Origin: an uncultured Dehalococcoidia bacterium
Lineage (GTDB): Bacteria; Chloroflexota; Dehalococcoidia; Lucifugimonadales; JADFKI01
Length of the DNA: 64,000 bases
Reading direction: 5' to 3'
NCBI GenBank assembly: GCA_964632415.1
Contig: CAZWDM010000008.1
Span: 7,098 to 71,097 of the forward strand
Below, piece after piece: positions 1-9,006 of this stretch. The notes below the pieces were generated by a model. That model saw only the letters and a list, made by a program, of their open reading frames with translations. It did no database searches and was not told the DNA's origin. Position numbers and translations under genes: made by a program. Each line of letters opens with the position of its first letter. Position 1 is the first letter of the stretch.

Positions 1-683
1 ATCCCGTTATTGACCACAGGCTCTCCTTCCGGCTCCGAGTCAGGAATTATGTGTGCGGCGTCCAGCAGCTCGGTGTGACGCAGACGGCAGAAGGCGCACT
101 GGTTGCGGTATGCGCGAAGCACCCGCTTCCGAAACGCCCTCTGATGAAGGCGCCGCCTCGCGACCGACACGGCGTACTCCCGGCGAACCATGGTAAGTTC
201 TGTTGAATTCTCTTCAGAGAGGGAGAACAGATTCGAGTGAATGGCATCATCAAGGGCGACTGAGAAAGCAAGGTCTTCAGGTCTGTCACGAACCACATAC
301 ACGGGCCACCAGGCCAGATACCTTCCCGGTACCAGTCCGTGAAAATATGTCAGCGGGAGTTCTGTCTGCATCACGAATCGAAGGCCGACGTTATCGCGGT
401 GGTCTGGGTCGGTTCCCCTGTACCGGTACTGCAACAGATCGTCCCGGCCTATCGTGTCCCCATAAGGACTGTTCGGCGAAGTCGTGATCGAGAGTGGGGC
501 TTCCAATATCGCGGGCTTGAATATCCCCTGGGGTGCTACAAGAGGCACCCGAATCCCTTCGAAGCTGAACCCTTCGCTCAGAACGCTCCGGGGCAGCACA
601 TCTCCGTGCAGGGAGACCTGTTCCGCCAACCAGTCAAAAGCCGCTGACCTGACGCGCGCGTCGTGTTCTCCGTCGATATTCAC
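1..683 (-). CDS. Predicted restriction endonuclease: COG3440-like N-terminal reader-type domain plus HNH nuclease (partial, C-terminus lies beyond window start)
   Basis: Absent from the ORF track because it is open at the window edge. Minus-strand translation from GTG at 683 (preceded by in-frame TAG) reads VNIDGEHDARVRSAAFDWL..APQGIFKPA..LSITTSPNSPYGD..LQYRYRGTDPDHRDNVGLR..PLTYFHG..YRNQCAFCRLRHTELLDAAHIIP. The last block is an HNH_2-type signature. The upstream blocks match my recollection of COG3440 predicted restriction endonucleases. Confidence 0.7.
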   Translation of the reverse strand, partial: MNIDGEHDARVRSAAFDWLAEQVSLHGDVLPRSVLSEGFSFEGIRVPLVAPQGIFKPAILEAPLSITTSPNSPYGDTIGRDDLLQYRYRGTDPDHRDNVGLRFVMQTELPLTYFHGLVPGRYLAWWPVYVVRDRPEDLAFSVALDDAIHSNLFSLSEENSTELTMVRREYAVSVARRRLHQRAFRKRVLRAYRNQCAFCRLRHTELLDAAHIIPDSEPEGEPVVNNG

Positions 684-763
684 CTAGACACTCCTGAGAT
701 GGTGGGCCTATTCTCGACGATCGCTTGTGATTCCTCAATCGGTACACGCCAGGACTTCGTGAG

Positions 764-3700
764 TCACCCGACAGGCTCCAGTGCCAACTCCGGCACCACT
801 ACCTCCCACCTGTCGGTCCTGATACCCCGATGGTATTCCGGATCGGCGTTTGCCTTGTCCCAAACCGCCACAGCCAGGACCGTTGCCGATTTCACCCTCA
901 TGCCATCCGCCCCCTTGTAGCCGCCTGAGAGCTGTCCAACAACCCTTCCCTCATCATTCAGGAGTTCCAACCTGCCACGCGATCCCGAGCGTACTCGAAT
1001 CGGGTCGCCGGCCGACAGCTCCGAAATCGCATCGTGTACAGGGTCATCCGGATCCTTGTAGCCTGCGAAGCTCAGAAATACGTCCCTCAGGCTGAGCCGC
1101 CTGTAGCTTCGGGACAACTCGGGACTCGGCGCCGAAAATCCAATGTGCTCGGTCCGTCGCAGTACCGAGGGCAGGTCCTTCAGTTCATCCTGAAATGGAT
1201 GTGGTGCCGGCATCCGCGCGAGCGTGAGAGTCTTTCTGGCGCGGGTCATCGCGACGTAGTAGAGGCGTCGGGGAGCGTCCCTGTCCTCACCACGCGACAC
1301 ACCCTGCCAGTTACCGTCCAGAACCACGACGTGGTCGAACTCAAGCCCCTTCACCCGGTGGGCCGTAAGCAGCAGAAGGCCCCGCTGCCTACGGCGCACA
1401 TCCCGGCCCCACTCGGCCAGCCACTCCAGGAAGTGCCCAACGGGGTTCTCCGTTCCACCGGTCTCTTCCGCGTACTCGCCGACGCCCTCCCTGAGAAGAT
1501 CCACCCAGGGACCGGGACTCAGGCCGGCAAGGAATTCATCGATCGAGCCACTCGATATCAGCCCCGATGCCCTGCTCTCAAGCCAGTCCCTGAGCACGCG
1601 GGTCTCGCGAAGGAACCAGACGCCCGTGAACTCCTCGTTGGCCATCTGCACTGGAATGCCCTCGACCTCGCATAGGGCGCGAACCGGATCGAGGAAGCTC
1701 CAGTTGCGTGCGACTACGGCGCAGGACGACCAGTCCCAGTCCGGATCCAGCTCCGCCAGCCGCCTGAGTTCTGCCACAGCCGCCAGGGCCTGGCTTGCCG
1801 GAGACCTGCCTACAGGGAGTATCTGCACCCTACCCTGTGCGATAGGGTCGATGAGGGACCAGTCTCCGCCGTCAGGCTCCCTTGAGCGGCGCCTGTCTAT
1901 CTCTATTGGAGAGTCTGCCTTCATCCGTTCACTAGCGGGTTCGATCACCGCGTTTGCGGCGGATATGATGTGCTTCGTCGAGCGATAGTTCTGGGTCAGC
2001 ATGAGAGCCTGGGCTCCGTAGTCGGACTCGAAGCGCCGTACGAACTCCACGGAAGCGCCGCTGAACGAGTAGATGTTCTGGTCGTCGTCACCGACCGCAA
2101 AGAGGCTCAGCTTGTCGTCGGTCTCTGCGAGTGTTCTGCCAGCGAGTGCCGATATGAGAGCATACTGGTCGGCCTCAATGTCCTGGTACTCATCGACAAG
2201 TATCCAGCGGAATCCGGCGAGAAGCCGCTCCCTGAATTCGTCCGCCTCGTCGGGCAGCAGGCCGTCTCCCTGCAGCAGAGCCGTCGCCTGTTTCAGGACG
2301 CCCCTGAAGTCGGGCTCGTTGAGCCTGTTCGCCCGGCCGACGAAGCTTGCGCCCGTTAGTCTCATCGCAAGCGCGTGGCAGGTGAGCACGATGACGCCGC
2401 GGGCGTCGTCGCCTATGAGCTCGGAAAGCCTGCGGCGTATCTCAACCGCAGCATGGCGGTTATAGGCCAGCGCCAGTATGGAACGCGGATTCTGACGGCG
2501 GACGCGAACCAGGTAGGCTATGCGATGCACCAGCACTCTAGTCTTTCCGGAGCCCGGTCCAGCAAGCACCAGTACGTTCGGGTTCTCGCGGTCGTCCACC
2601 ACGATACGCCGCTGGTGGGGATTCCTGAGGCTGTCCACGATCCTGTGCCAGGACTCTCCGGTGGTCTGCCGGGTCAATTCACTCTCCCGCACGGGCAGCC
2701 AGCGCTTCAGAAAGTCGTTCTGCGGCAGCACGAAGTAGTCCATAGCAAGTCTCAGCGCATCGGCCACCGACTCCAGCCCGGTCTGGGCGTATCTGTCCAT
2801 GATGTGGACCTGGATGGTCTGCTCATCGTAGTGAACTCTCAGTGGGGCGAAGTCAGAGGCGGTGAACTGGCGTCTCTCGTTGGCCAGCCGTATCGTCATC
2901 GCCGGCCGGAACACCGTCAGCCCTCTGTTCAGGCGGACCACTTCCTGCTCGTGAAGCCACAGGAGGGCTCGTTCCATCAGGCGCACGGGGTTGCGCGTGC
3001 TTCTCAGGGTGACATCGGCGCGTACCGCTTCCAGCATCTTTCCCATCGTCGTCTCCGCGAGGAGATCGACTCCCCTGGCGCCACGGGGCAGAGTGGACAG
3101 CAGATGCTGAAGCATTCTGTTGGCGGCGGCGCGCCGGATCTCGGCGGTGCGCGACAGGGCGCCCCACTCACGCCTGAGGGTCACATGAAGGGAGTCGGAG
3201 TCCCGACCCCGAACCGAGAGGCTGCCGCCAGTACCTCCTTCTCCACGGCCGTCGGCTGCCACGCTGTTCATTATCCTGCGCACGCGCTCCGGTAGAGCGT
3301 ATGAGTAACCATCGTCCTTCAGACGCTGGGTCGCCCCGCGTAAGAGCAGCTGCGTCGATTCGCCAACTTCCATGTCGGGAGCGGCCTCGCGCAGCAGATC
3401 AATGGTGGCCTGCTCCAGCTCCGATGCCTGGGCGAACCGCATCTCGGATGCGCGCTGCACTCCCCTGTGCACGAATGCGGTCAGCACCGTGTCGTTGCTT
3501 GCGATGCCGACCTCCTCCAGGTCGTGCAGGGCTTTTCGCACCTCCTCTGCGCCGAGACCCGACACTATCATCAGCTCATCGGTCGAAACTCCCTCATCCG
3601 GGTCAGACTCGAGCAGCGCCCTGACGATAGACAGCAGCTTCACGCGATAGGTATCGTTGGTCCTGCGCCGAGTGAGCCTTGTCTGTGCCTCCTCAACGGA

Positions 3701-5974
3701 CTTCACGCGCAGCGACGATGGGAAGACCTGGACGAAGTTCTCCTCCCTAGCGAGCAGCACGGCATCCTCAAGCCAGGAGACCGCTGTCCTGACGCGCGTG
3801 TCGTCAGTGGCGGAGTCACTTTCCCACTCAGTTCCGTCGCTTTCACTGAGTATCTCTCCGGGCGTCGCAATGACCTGCCCGTTCAGTCGCTTCCTGCTGT
3901 CGAGGTTGCGCAGGGCCCTGAGCACCCCCTGGATCTCCCGCCGGCTGAGTCTGGACATGGCTGAGAGGCCGAACTGCCGGTCCACGTCTTCCGTGGTATA
4001 CAGAAGGACGCATCGCGCAGATGCCCTGTCCCGGCCGGCGCGACCCGCCTCCTGAAGATAGTTCTCAAGCGAGCCTGGGATATCAGCGTGGATTACGAGT
4101 CGCACGTCCGGCTTGTCGATGCCCATTCCGAACGCATTAGTCGCGGCTATGACCTGCAGATCTCCGTTGATGAAGTTCTCCTGGACATCCTTCTTGAGCT
4201 CGGGAGACAGGCCGCCGTGATAGTAGCCGGCGCTCACGCCCTTCTCCTGCAGAAATTCCGCCATCTCCTGCGTCCTGAGCCGCGTGGAGCAGTACACTAT
4301 GGCGCCGCCCTCGCCCTTCTCCAGCAGGTCGGACGATATGATCTGGTGGGTGTGGTCGAACTTCTCGCCCTCAGACGTCTTCACCACAGCGAACTCCAGG
4401 TTAGAGCGGTACGATCCACCGTCGAAGACCTCAAGATCCGTTCCCACCTCATCGGAGAAGTAGTCCACGATGTCGCTTACCACGCCCGGCTTCGCCGTCG
4501 CCGTGAGGCACAGGACCGGCGGAACGGTTCCCTCCCCTGCGCTCTCCCGGATGAATCTGCCTATGTACCGGTAGTCGGGGCGGAAGTCGTGACCCCACCT
4601 CGACAGGCAGTGCGCCTCGTCCAAGACCCAGTACCCTATTTCACGTTGGGCGAGCACTCGTCTGACGGAGACGCTGCGAAGCTGCTCCGGGGAGATGATC
4701 AACATGCTGGCGTCCCCAAGACGCACCTTGTCCAGCGCATCGCCTCGCTCCGGCATGGACAGCAAGCCGTTTACGGTCACCGCTGAGAAGATGCCCTTCC
4801 GTTGCAGCCCCAGCACCTGGTCCGCCATCAGTGCAACCAGGGGCGAGATGACCACGGTCAGCGCGCCTGTCTTGTCATAGCGCGACAGAGCCGGCACCTG
4901 GTAGCAAACGGACTTGCCCGTGCCGGTGGGCAGGATGGCGAGCGCACTTCCGCTGCGCACCATCGCCTCGACAACAGCCTGCTGAAGCGATCTGCCGTTA
5001 TCGTCGACCGGCTCAGGACGGTACTCGTCAAAGCCGAACCACCTCTTGAGCTCCCTTCGCGAGTCATGCCTCTCAAGGCACCAGTCGCAGCCAGAATCGT
5101 CACAGGGCGTATCCCGCAGGCGACGCACGAGCCGGCCAGTCTCTGGAAACTGGTGCCTCACCCAAGGAGGCATGACGGAGTTGCCGCCCGCTACCGAGAG
5201 CCACGCCAGCACATAGGCAAGCGGCCAGCCCTGGTCCTTGGCGTCATCGACCACTTCTCGCGCCCCTCTGACACAGACGCTGCCATCTAGCAAATCTGAT
5301 ATGGCGGTTCTGGCCTCACTGTCTGACGGTCTGGCGGACTGCCTCAGCTGACTGAACACCAGGTCAAATCCAATTTCCCCTGCGGCCGTGGTGAGCCAGT
5401 GCCATGCAGCCATCAGATCGGCGTCCTTACTGCCAAAAGCCGTCTGCTGATGTTCGAACAGCTCCAACGTCAGCCGTGCGTCGAGCTCCGGGTCGTTGAT
5501 TCGGCCGCGGCGCAATTGTCCGTCCTGATAGTGCTTCACGAGGTAGTGGTAGGGATTCTGTGGGAATGCGAGCGGGTTGAGCATAAGTGTGTCAACGGCC
5601 GGCATGTCCAGCAACCGCAGGTTAGGAGCGACCGACCGGAGGCGAGGCAGATCGAAGTGGAGCAGGTTGTGACCTAAGATGAAGGCTCTGCCTTCGGCCA
5701 GCTCGTCCAGACGATTTAGCGCCTCATCAAGACGGCTATGTTTGCCATCGAAGACGAAGGTCTCACCTGCGCCGGAACATATCGCAGCCAACGCGTGAAT
5801 CACCTGGTCCCGGGGACTGACCTCAAGGTCGAGGGACAGGCAATCGGTCAGCGACAGGTCGGAATCGCCGCCTCGCCTGAGGATATTGGGAAACCAGTTC
5901 ATGTGAAGTGTCGGTCCCGGAATGCGCTCACGCTTAATTCCCAATAAGCTACAGGAACTTCCGGCGGTTAACAA
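764..5974 (-). CDS. Triple-fusion DNA helicase-nuclease: DEDD-type 3'-5' exonuclease + RecQ-family SF2 helicase + UvrD/PcrA-type SF1 helicase
   Basis: 1736-aa ORF. Exonuclease motifs near the N-terminus: LSLDLEV, FILGHNLLHFDLPRL. RecQ motifs: LPTGTGKSVCYQ, VLDEAHCLSRWGHDFRPDY, CLTATA, IAATNAFGMGIDKPDVRLVIH, QEAGRAGRD. UvrD motifs: LAGPGSGKTRVLVHRIAYL, ILVDEYQDI, VGDDDQNIYSFSGA, LTQNYRS, VKGLEFDHVVV, LYYVAMTRARKTL. Confidence 0.85.
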   Translation of the reverse strand: MLTAGSSCSLLGIKRERIPGPTLHMNWFPNILRRGGDSDLSLTDCLSLDLEVSPRDQVIHALAAICSGAGETFVFDGKHSRLDEALNRLDELAEGRAFILGHNLLHFDLPRLRSVAPNLRLLDMPAVDTLMLNPLAFPQNPYHYLVKHYQDGQLRRGRINDPELDARLTLELFEHQQTAFGSKDADLMAAWHWLTTAAGEIGFDLVFSQLRQSARPSDSEARTAISDLLDGSVCVRGAREVVDDAKDQGWPLAYVLAWLSVAGGNSVMPPWVRHQFPETGRLVRRLRDTPCDDSGCDWCLERHDSRRELKRWFGFDEYRPEPVDDNGRSLQQAVVEAMVRSGSALAILPTGTGKSVCYQVPALSRYDKTGALTVVISPLVALMADQVLGLQRKGIFSAVTVNGLLSMPERGDALDKVRLGDASMLIISPEQLRSVSVRRVLAQREIGYWVLDEAHCLSRWGHDFRPDYRYIGRFIRESAGEGTVPPVLCLTATAKPGVVSDIVDYFSDEVGTDLEVFDGGSYRSNLEFAVVKTSEGEKFDHTHQIISSDLLEKGEGGAIVYCSTRLRTQEMAEFLQEKGVSAGYYHGGLSPELKKDVQENFINGDLQVIAATNAFGMGIDKPDVRLVIHADIPGSLENYLQEAGRAGRDRASARCVLLYTTEDVDRQFGLSAMSRLSRREIQGVLRALRNLDSRKRLNGQVIATPGEILSESDGTEWESDSATDDTRVRTAVSWLEDAVLLAREENFVQVFPSSLRVKSVEEAQTRLTRRRTNDTYRVKLLSIVRALLESDPDEGVSTDELMIVSGLGAEEVRKALHDLEEVGIASNDTVLTAFVHRGVQRASEMRFAQASELEQATIDLLREAAPDMEVGESTQLLLRGATQRLKDDGYSYALPERVRRIMNSVAADGRGEGGTGGSLSVRGRDSDSLHVTLRREWGALSRTAEIRRAAANRMLQHLLSTLPRGARGVDLLAETTMGKMLEAVRADVTLRSTRNPVRLMERALLWLHEQEVVRLNRGLTVFRPAMTIRLANERRQFTASDFAPLRVHYDEQTIQVHIMDRYAQTGLESVADALRLAMDYFVLPQNDFLKRWLPVRESELTRQTTGESWHRIVDSLRNPHQRRIVVDDRENPNVLVLAGPGSGKTRVLVHRIAYLVRVRRQNPRSILALAYNRHAAVEIRRRLSELIGDDARGVIVLTCHALAMRLTGASFVGRANRLNEPDFRGVLKQATALLQGDGLLPDEADEFRERLLAGFRWILVDEYQDIEADQYALISALAGRTLAETDDKLSLFAVGDDDQNIYSFSGASVEFVRRFESDYGAQALMLTQNYRSTKHIISAANAVIEPASERMKADSPIEIDRRRSREPDGGDWSLIDPIAQGRVQILPVGRSPASQALAAVAELRRLAELDPDWDWSSCAVVARNWSFLDPVRALCEVEGIPVQMANEEFTGVWFLRETRVLRDWLESRASGLISSGSIDEFLAGLSPGPWVDLLREGVGEYAEETGGTENPVGHFLEWLAEWGRDVRRRQRGLLLLTAHRVKGLEFDHVVVLDGNWQGVSRGEDRDAPRRLYYVAMTRARKTLTLARMPAPHPFQDELKDLPSVLRRTEHIGFSAPSPELSRSYRRLSLRDVFLSFAGYKDPDDPVHDAISELSAGDPIRVRSGSRGRLELLNDEGRVVGQLSGGYKGADGMRVKSATVLAVAVWDKANADPEYHRGIRTDRWEVVVPELALEPVG

Positions 5975-6386
5975 GGCGCGGCAAGGTCACTCGGAATACT
6001 GGTTGCTGTGCAGCGGACGGGTGACGTATGTGTCGGGATCTACAGTGAAGACCGGTATGCGAAGCTGCCGGGCGTATCTGACTTCAAGTCCCACACCTAC
6101 ACTCTGTTCCCATACATCCAGGGCAAAGTATCCTCATCTCGTCGCAGGGCGCCAGGAACTGTAGGCCCAACGCGTACCAGACACTGTTCGAGATGTCGGC
6201 ACCATCAAGTGACGCACCAAGAGAGAGTGGCTAGAAGAAGAGATTGCGGTCTCCGATCAGGGGTGCGCAGTACCTGCTGACGCTCTCGAACTTCCTTGCC
6301 CTGACGGAAGGGTCATGATGGCCCAGGGGTGCGGCCAAGTAGATCAGAGGATTGTTGAAGCTCTCGAATTCGTTCAGGGCTTTTGC

Positions 6387-6812
6387 CTACGTCTGAACTG
6401 CCAGATCCACCAGGACCATCGCAACCGCCGTGCGCACCGTCCGCCTGCAGAGCTCCCTCATACTGTGTCGGTATCTCCGATAGAATTGCCACAATGAGTT
6501 GTGATCAGGATGCTGCCAACCGGTCAGCCACAGGTATGGTATCTGGTCTCGACAAGCCGCCTCCAACTTGCGACAGGAGCGCCCATTTGTCATGAAGCCG
6601 TACTTCCATACGCTCAGCAGAGCACGTGGATGGTAGGCCGGCGCTCCCAGCGTTTCTCCGTCCGGCTTCACGCCCAATTCCGCTCAACCGTCGCGGCTCA
6701 GCGCGTCCATTAACTCGGCCATGACCCGGGCGGGGTGATCTGGAGGGACAAGCTCATCGAGTGTCAGCGGCAACAGCTAGGCCTGTTCTCGGTCCATCCC
6801 TCTCAGGGGCAT
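6387..6812 (-). pseudogene. Decayed N-terminal remnant of an IS5/IS1182-type transposase
   Basis: Minus-strand reading gives MPLRGMDREQA, an in-frame TAG, then LLPLTLDELVPPDHPARVMAELMDALSRDG. After a frame change it continues GVKPDGETLGAPAYHPRALLSVWKYGFMTNGRSCRKLEAACRDQIPYLWLTGWQHPDHNSLWQFYRR. This is the conserved N-terminal region of IS5/IS1182 transposases. No DDE catalytic part follows. Confidence 0.6.
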
Positions 6813-6993
6813 CTGCTGTCCTACCACTCCCGAGTCCTCTCGGCATTCTACACTCCCAAAATTACGCTGTCTTATGACACAGACACAAATGATGGACCAC
6901 CGCCCACACTATTTATGCCCGATTCCTCGATGCACCCTATTGGAGAAATGGCATGCGTTGACATTGAAAGGAGTGGCTAAACGGATTTGAAAT

Positions 6994-7371
6994 TTATGTG
7001 TTGGAAAATGACTTGCAGTGATTTCGATAAATGTGCGATAACTTATCGCTCTCGGCGGTCAGCCATGCGTCGTCACCAGGAGGCTTGACCTCTACCACCC
7101 CACAAGCCGGAACTTGGCCCTGTCGCGGACTTCCCCTCTGCACCTGAGAGGCGGCATATAGACCAAAGTCGGGATGTCCCACACCTTGGTTTGCCAGTTC
7201 CTGTACAGAAAATACTCTCGGGCGGAGAGTTGCACCGATGGCGTTGAAGAGCCCATTGAGGGCTGGGTAGGTCGATAGTTCACCGGTTGCTCCACCAGAA
7301 GCACTAATCCGGCGAATATCCTCAAGGTAAGTTTCAACGATAGACTTCAGTTTGGTAAAATCGTGTGCCAT
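6994..7371 (-). pseudogene. Truncated N-terminal fragment (about 115 aa) of an MmeI/type IIG-like restriction-modification (or BREX-type methyltransferase) protein
   Basis: The 125-aa ORF contains GATGELSTYPALNGLFNAIG..QGVGHPDFGLYAAS..GVVEVKPPGDD..LSHIY. This matches the N-terminal PD-(D/E)xK-like block (G-x-PDF ... E-x-K) that opens very large type IIG/IIL enzymes. The ORF stops long before any methyltransferase motifs and abuts the IS remnant. Confidence 0.45.
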
Positions 7372-7385
7372 CGTTTCTTTCCGGT

Positions 7386-7422
7386 GGGAGGAGAGGGAAG
7401 CAATAGCTAGCCCTCTCCTCCC
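7386..7422. repeat. Perfect 12-bp inverted repeat GGGAGGAGAGGG / CCCTCTCCTCCC with a 13-nt loop (polypurine/polypyrimidine hairpin) next to the iteron array
   Basis: Read directly: 7386-7397 is the exact reverse complement of 7411-7422. A relatively AT-richer stretch (about 7455-7505) lies between it and the iterons. Confidence 0.8.
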
Positions 7423-7508
7423 ACCCCCTACCCCTCCTCATGTAGAGAGTAGGTTGTAGGGGGTAGTGTGTGGTCAAATTGCATTTAGGTAGAGAAATGC
7501 CCGAAATC

Positions 7509-7698
7509 GTCCCATCAATACATTCCACTCGTCCCATCAAAACGCACTATGCGTCCCGTTAAGACATTCCAACAGTCCCATCAAGACCCACTACGCGTCC
7601 CCCCAAAACAGCCAGCTTGTCCCATCAAAACACCCTCTTGTCCCGTCAAAACATGTCCCACTGTCCCATCAAAGCATAGCTGCCTGTCCCATCAAAAC
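7509..7698. repeat. Iteron array: nine direct repeats of GTCCCATCAAAAC-like 13-mers at about 22-bp spacing (candidate oriV)
   Basis: Copies start at 7509, 7531, 7553, 7575, 7597, 7619, 7640, 7663 and 7686, with spacings of 21-23 bp. Copies 3, 5 and 7 are degenerate (GTCCCGTTAAGAC, GTCCCCCCAAAAC, GTCCCGTCAAAAC). The array begins 4 nt after the stop of the 420-aa ORF. Confidence 0.8.
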
Positions 7699-7701
7699 AC
7701 C

Positions 7702-8964
7702 CTACTGACTATCCTTTGGTGGCAGGATCCTGCGTCCCTCGATGCGCAGTTCTCCATGCTCCTCAAGATTTTGGAGTGCGCCCCACGCTCGTCGCGACAA
7801 TTCACGGCGATTGGTCTTGGTACTGCTTGGGTAAGCGAGCGCGATTGCGTCATCGTCATCCAGTGGATCATAAGGGTCAAGTCCGGTCCGACGCAGCCAT
7901 CGGCCACCCTTGGGAGCGTGAGTACGTCCAGGTTCGTGCCAGAGGAATGACAGGCCAATCAGTGCCCGATATGCCGGTGCGCTTTCGGCTCCCCACTTGT
8001 CGAGTCGGTGGGGCAGCTGCACGCCGCCCTCCACCTCCGGTGGTATATCCAGTACAACTCCGATCGGCATTTCTAGGTCGATCTTGCCGAAGTTCTCGTT
8101 GATGCGCAGAAGATGGTGAAAGTGACCGTATCCTGTCTTCTGATTGAGTATTGGAATTCGTGCCTCTAAGTTTATCACCTTGATCGCTTGATGAATGCGC
8201 GGCCACATGCGGCCGACATTTGGTGGCTTGCGTGATCGCCCGTCTAGGCGTTCGGGGGGATACAGGGCGTCCCTGAGGTCCCTAAGAGTTATCTCATAAG
8301 TCACGAATCGATCACTATGTCGCACGAAGCTGGATGGGGCGGCGGCAAGTTTAACGAGCATACGGGCTGGAATGGGAGCAGCTCCGTGTCCTCCACGAGC
8401 TTCGCCCGCTTCAACTCCGAGGTCATATAAGTTGACAGGCAACACCGGAACTCGTCCAGTGGGCCTTCCATTTTGGAAACCGGGGAAGGCGACTTGGGTT
8501 CCTTCACTGTCAGGGGCACCGTATGCCGGGGAGAGGTAGAGGCGGTCTGTGCCTGAGTTCAATTCCCTGCGCATCGCCACGCGCGGCATGATTGCGTCTG
8601 CGCGCAGACTCCCATTCGCATCCCTTACAGCTTGAACTTCCGTCGGCCCTGACTGCCACGCAGCAATGAGTGGTGCAAGGGGGTGCTTTATGGCTTGGTC
8701 ATCCTCATAGACTTCTTCCCATACCAAATGGGCAAGCTCTGCGAAGCTACCGACCTCGAAGCGCTTGTCTGTTGCCTTTTCCACTATGACCCAGCGACTG
8801 AAGAACTCTTCGCGGGCCTCGGTGCCCCAGGCAGTCGTAGAAATGAGGTTGTCGAGTTGTCGAAACTCCGGATACTTATCTGGTGGGCAATCGCCTTGAT
8901 TGCCGGTCGCCTTCCAGATGGCATCCGTAAGCAGTTTCAGTGAATCCTGGCTATTGGAGGGCAT
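7702..8964 (-). CDS. 420-aa orphan protein, candidate iteron-binding replication initiator (function inferred from position only)
   Basis: Long ORF with ordinary amino-acid composition. It is last in a co-directional primase-like / AAA_25 / orphan gene string and directly abuts the iteron array. I recognise no diagnostic motif; the C-terminal region (RRAWGALQNLEEHGELRIEGRRI) could be a winged helix. Confidence 0.45.
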   Translation of the reverse strand: MPSNSQDSLKLLTDAIWKATGNQGDCPPDKYPEFRQLDNLISTTAWGTEAREEFFSRWVIVEKATDKRFEVGSFAELAHLVWEEVYEDDQAIKHPLAPLIAAWQSGPTEVQAVRDANGSLRADAIMPRVAMRRELNSGTDRLYLSPAYGAPDSEGTQVAFPGFQNGRPTGRVPVLPVNLYDLGVEAGEARGGHGAAPIPARMLVKLAAAPSSFVRHSDRFVTYEITLRDLRDALYPPERLDGRSRKPPNVGRMWPRIHQAIKVINLEARIPILNQKTGYGHFHHLLRINENFGKIDLEMPIGVVLDIPPEVEGGVQLPHRLDKWGAESAPAYRALIGLSFLWHEPGRTHAPKGGRWLRRTGLDPYDPLDDDDAIALAYPSSTKTNRRELSRRAWGALQNLEEHGELRIEGRRILPPKDSQ

Positions 8965-9006
8965 AGTAGTTGCTCCTGCCTATTGGTATGTCGCGGTTAT
9001 GCGGGT

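Noticed and set aside
2375-3295. 306-aa plus-strand ORF and many smaller ORFs inside the 764-5974 helicase gene
   Set aside because: They lie antisense to an ORF carrying complete RecQ and UvrD motif sets, and their composition is biased.
5975-6386. Possible remnants of another degraded gene, for example ..YARQLRIPVFTVDPDTYV.. (PIN-toxin-like C-terminus) in broken minus-strand frames
   Set aside because: The fragments are short, spread over several frames and matched only by vague resemblance. That is insufficient for a call.
7509-7698. Possibility that the regularly spaced repeats are a CRISPR array
   Set aside because: The period is only about 22 bp, with 13-bp repeats and about 9-bp partially conserved linkers. 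There are no spacer-length unique segments and no cas genes. Iterons explain the pattern better.
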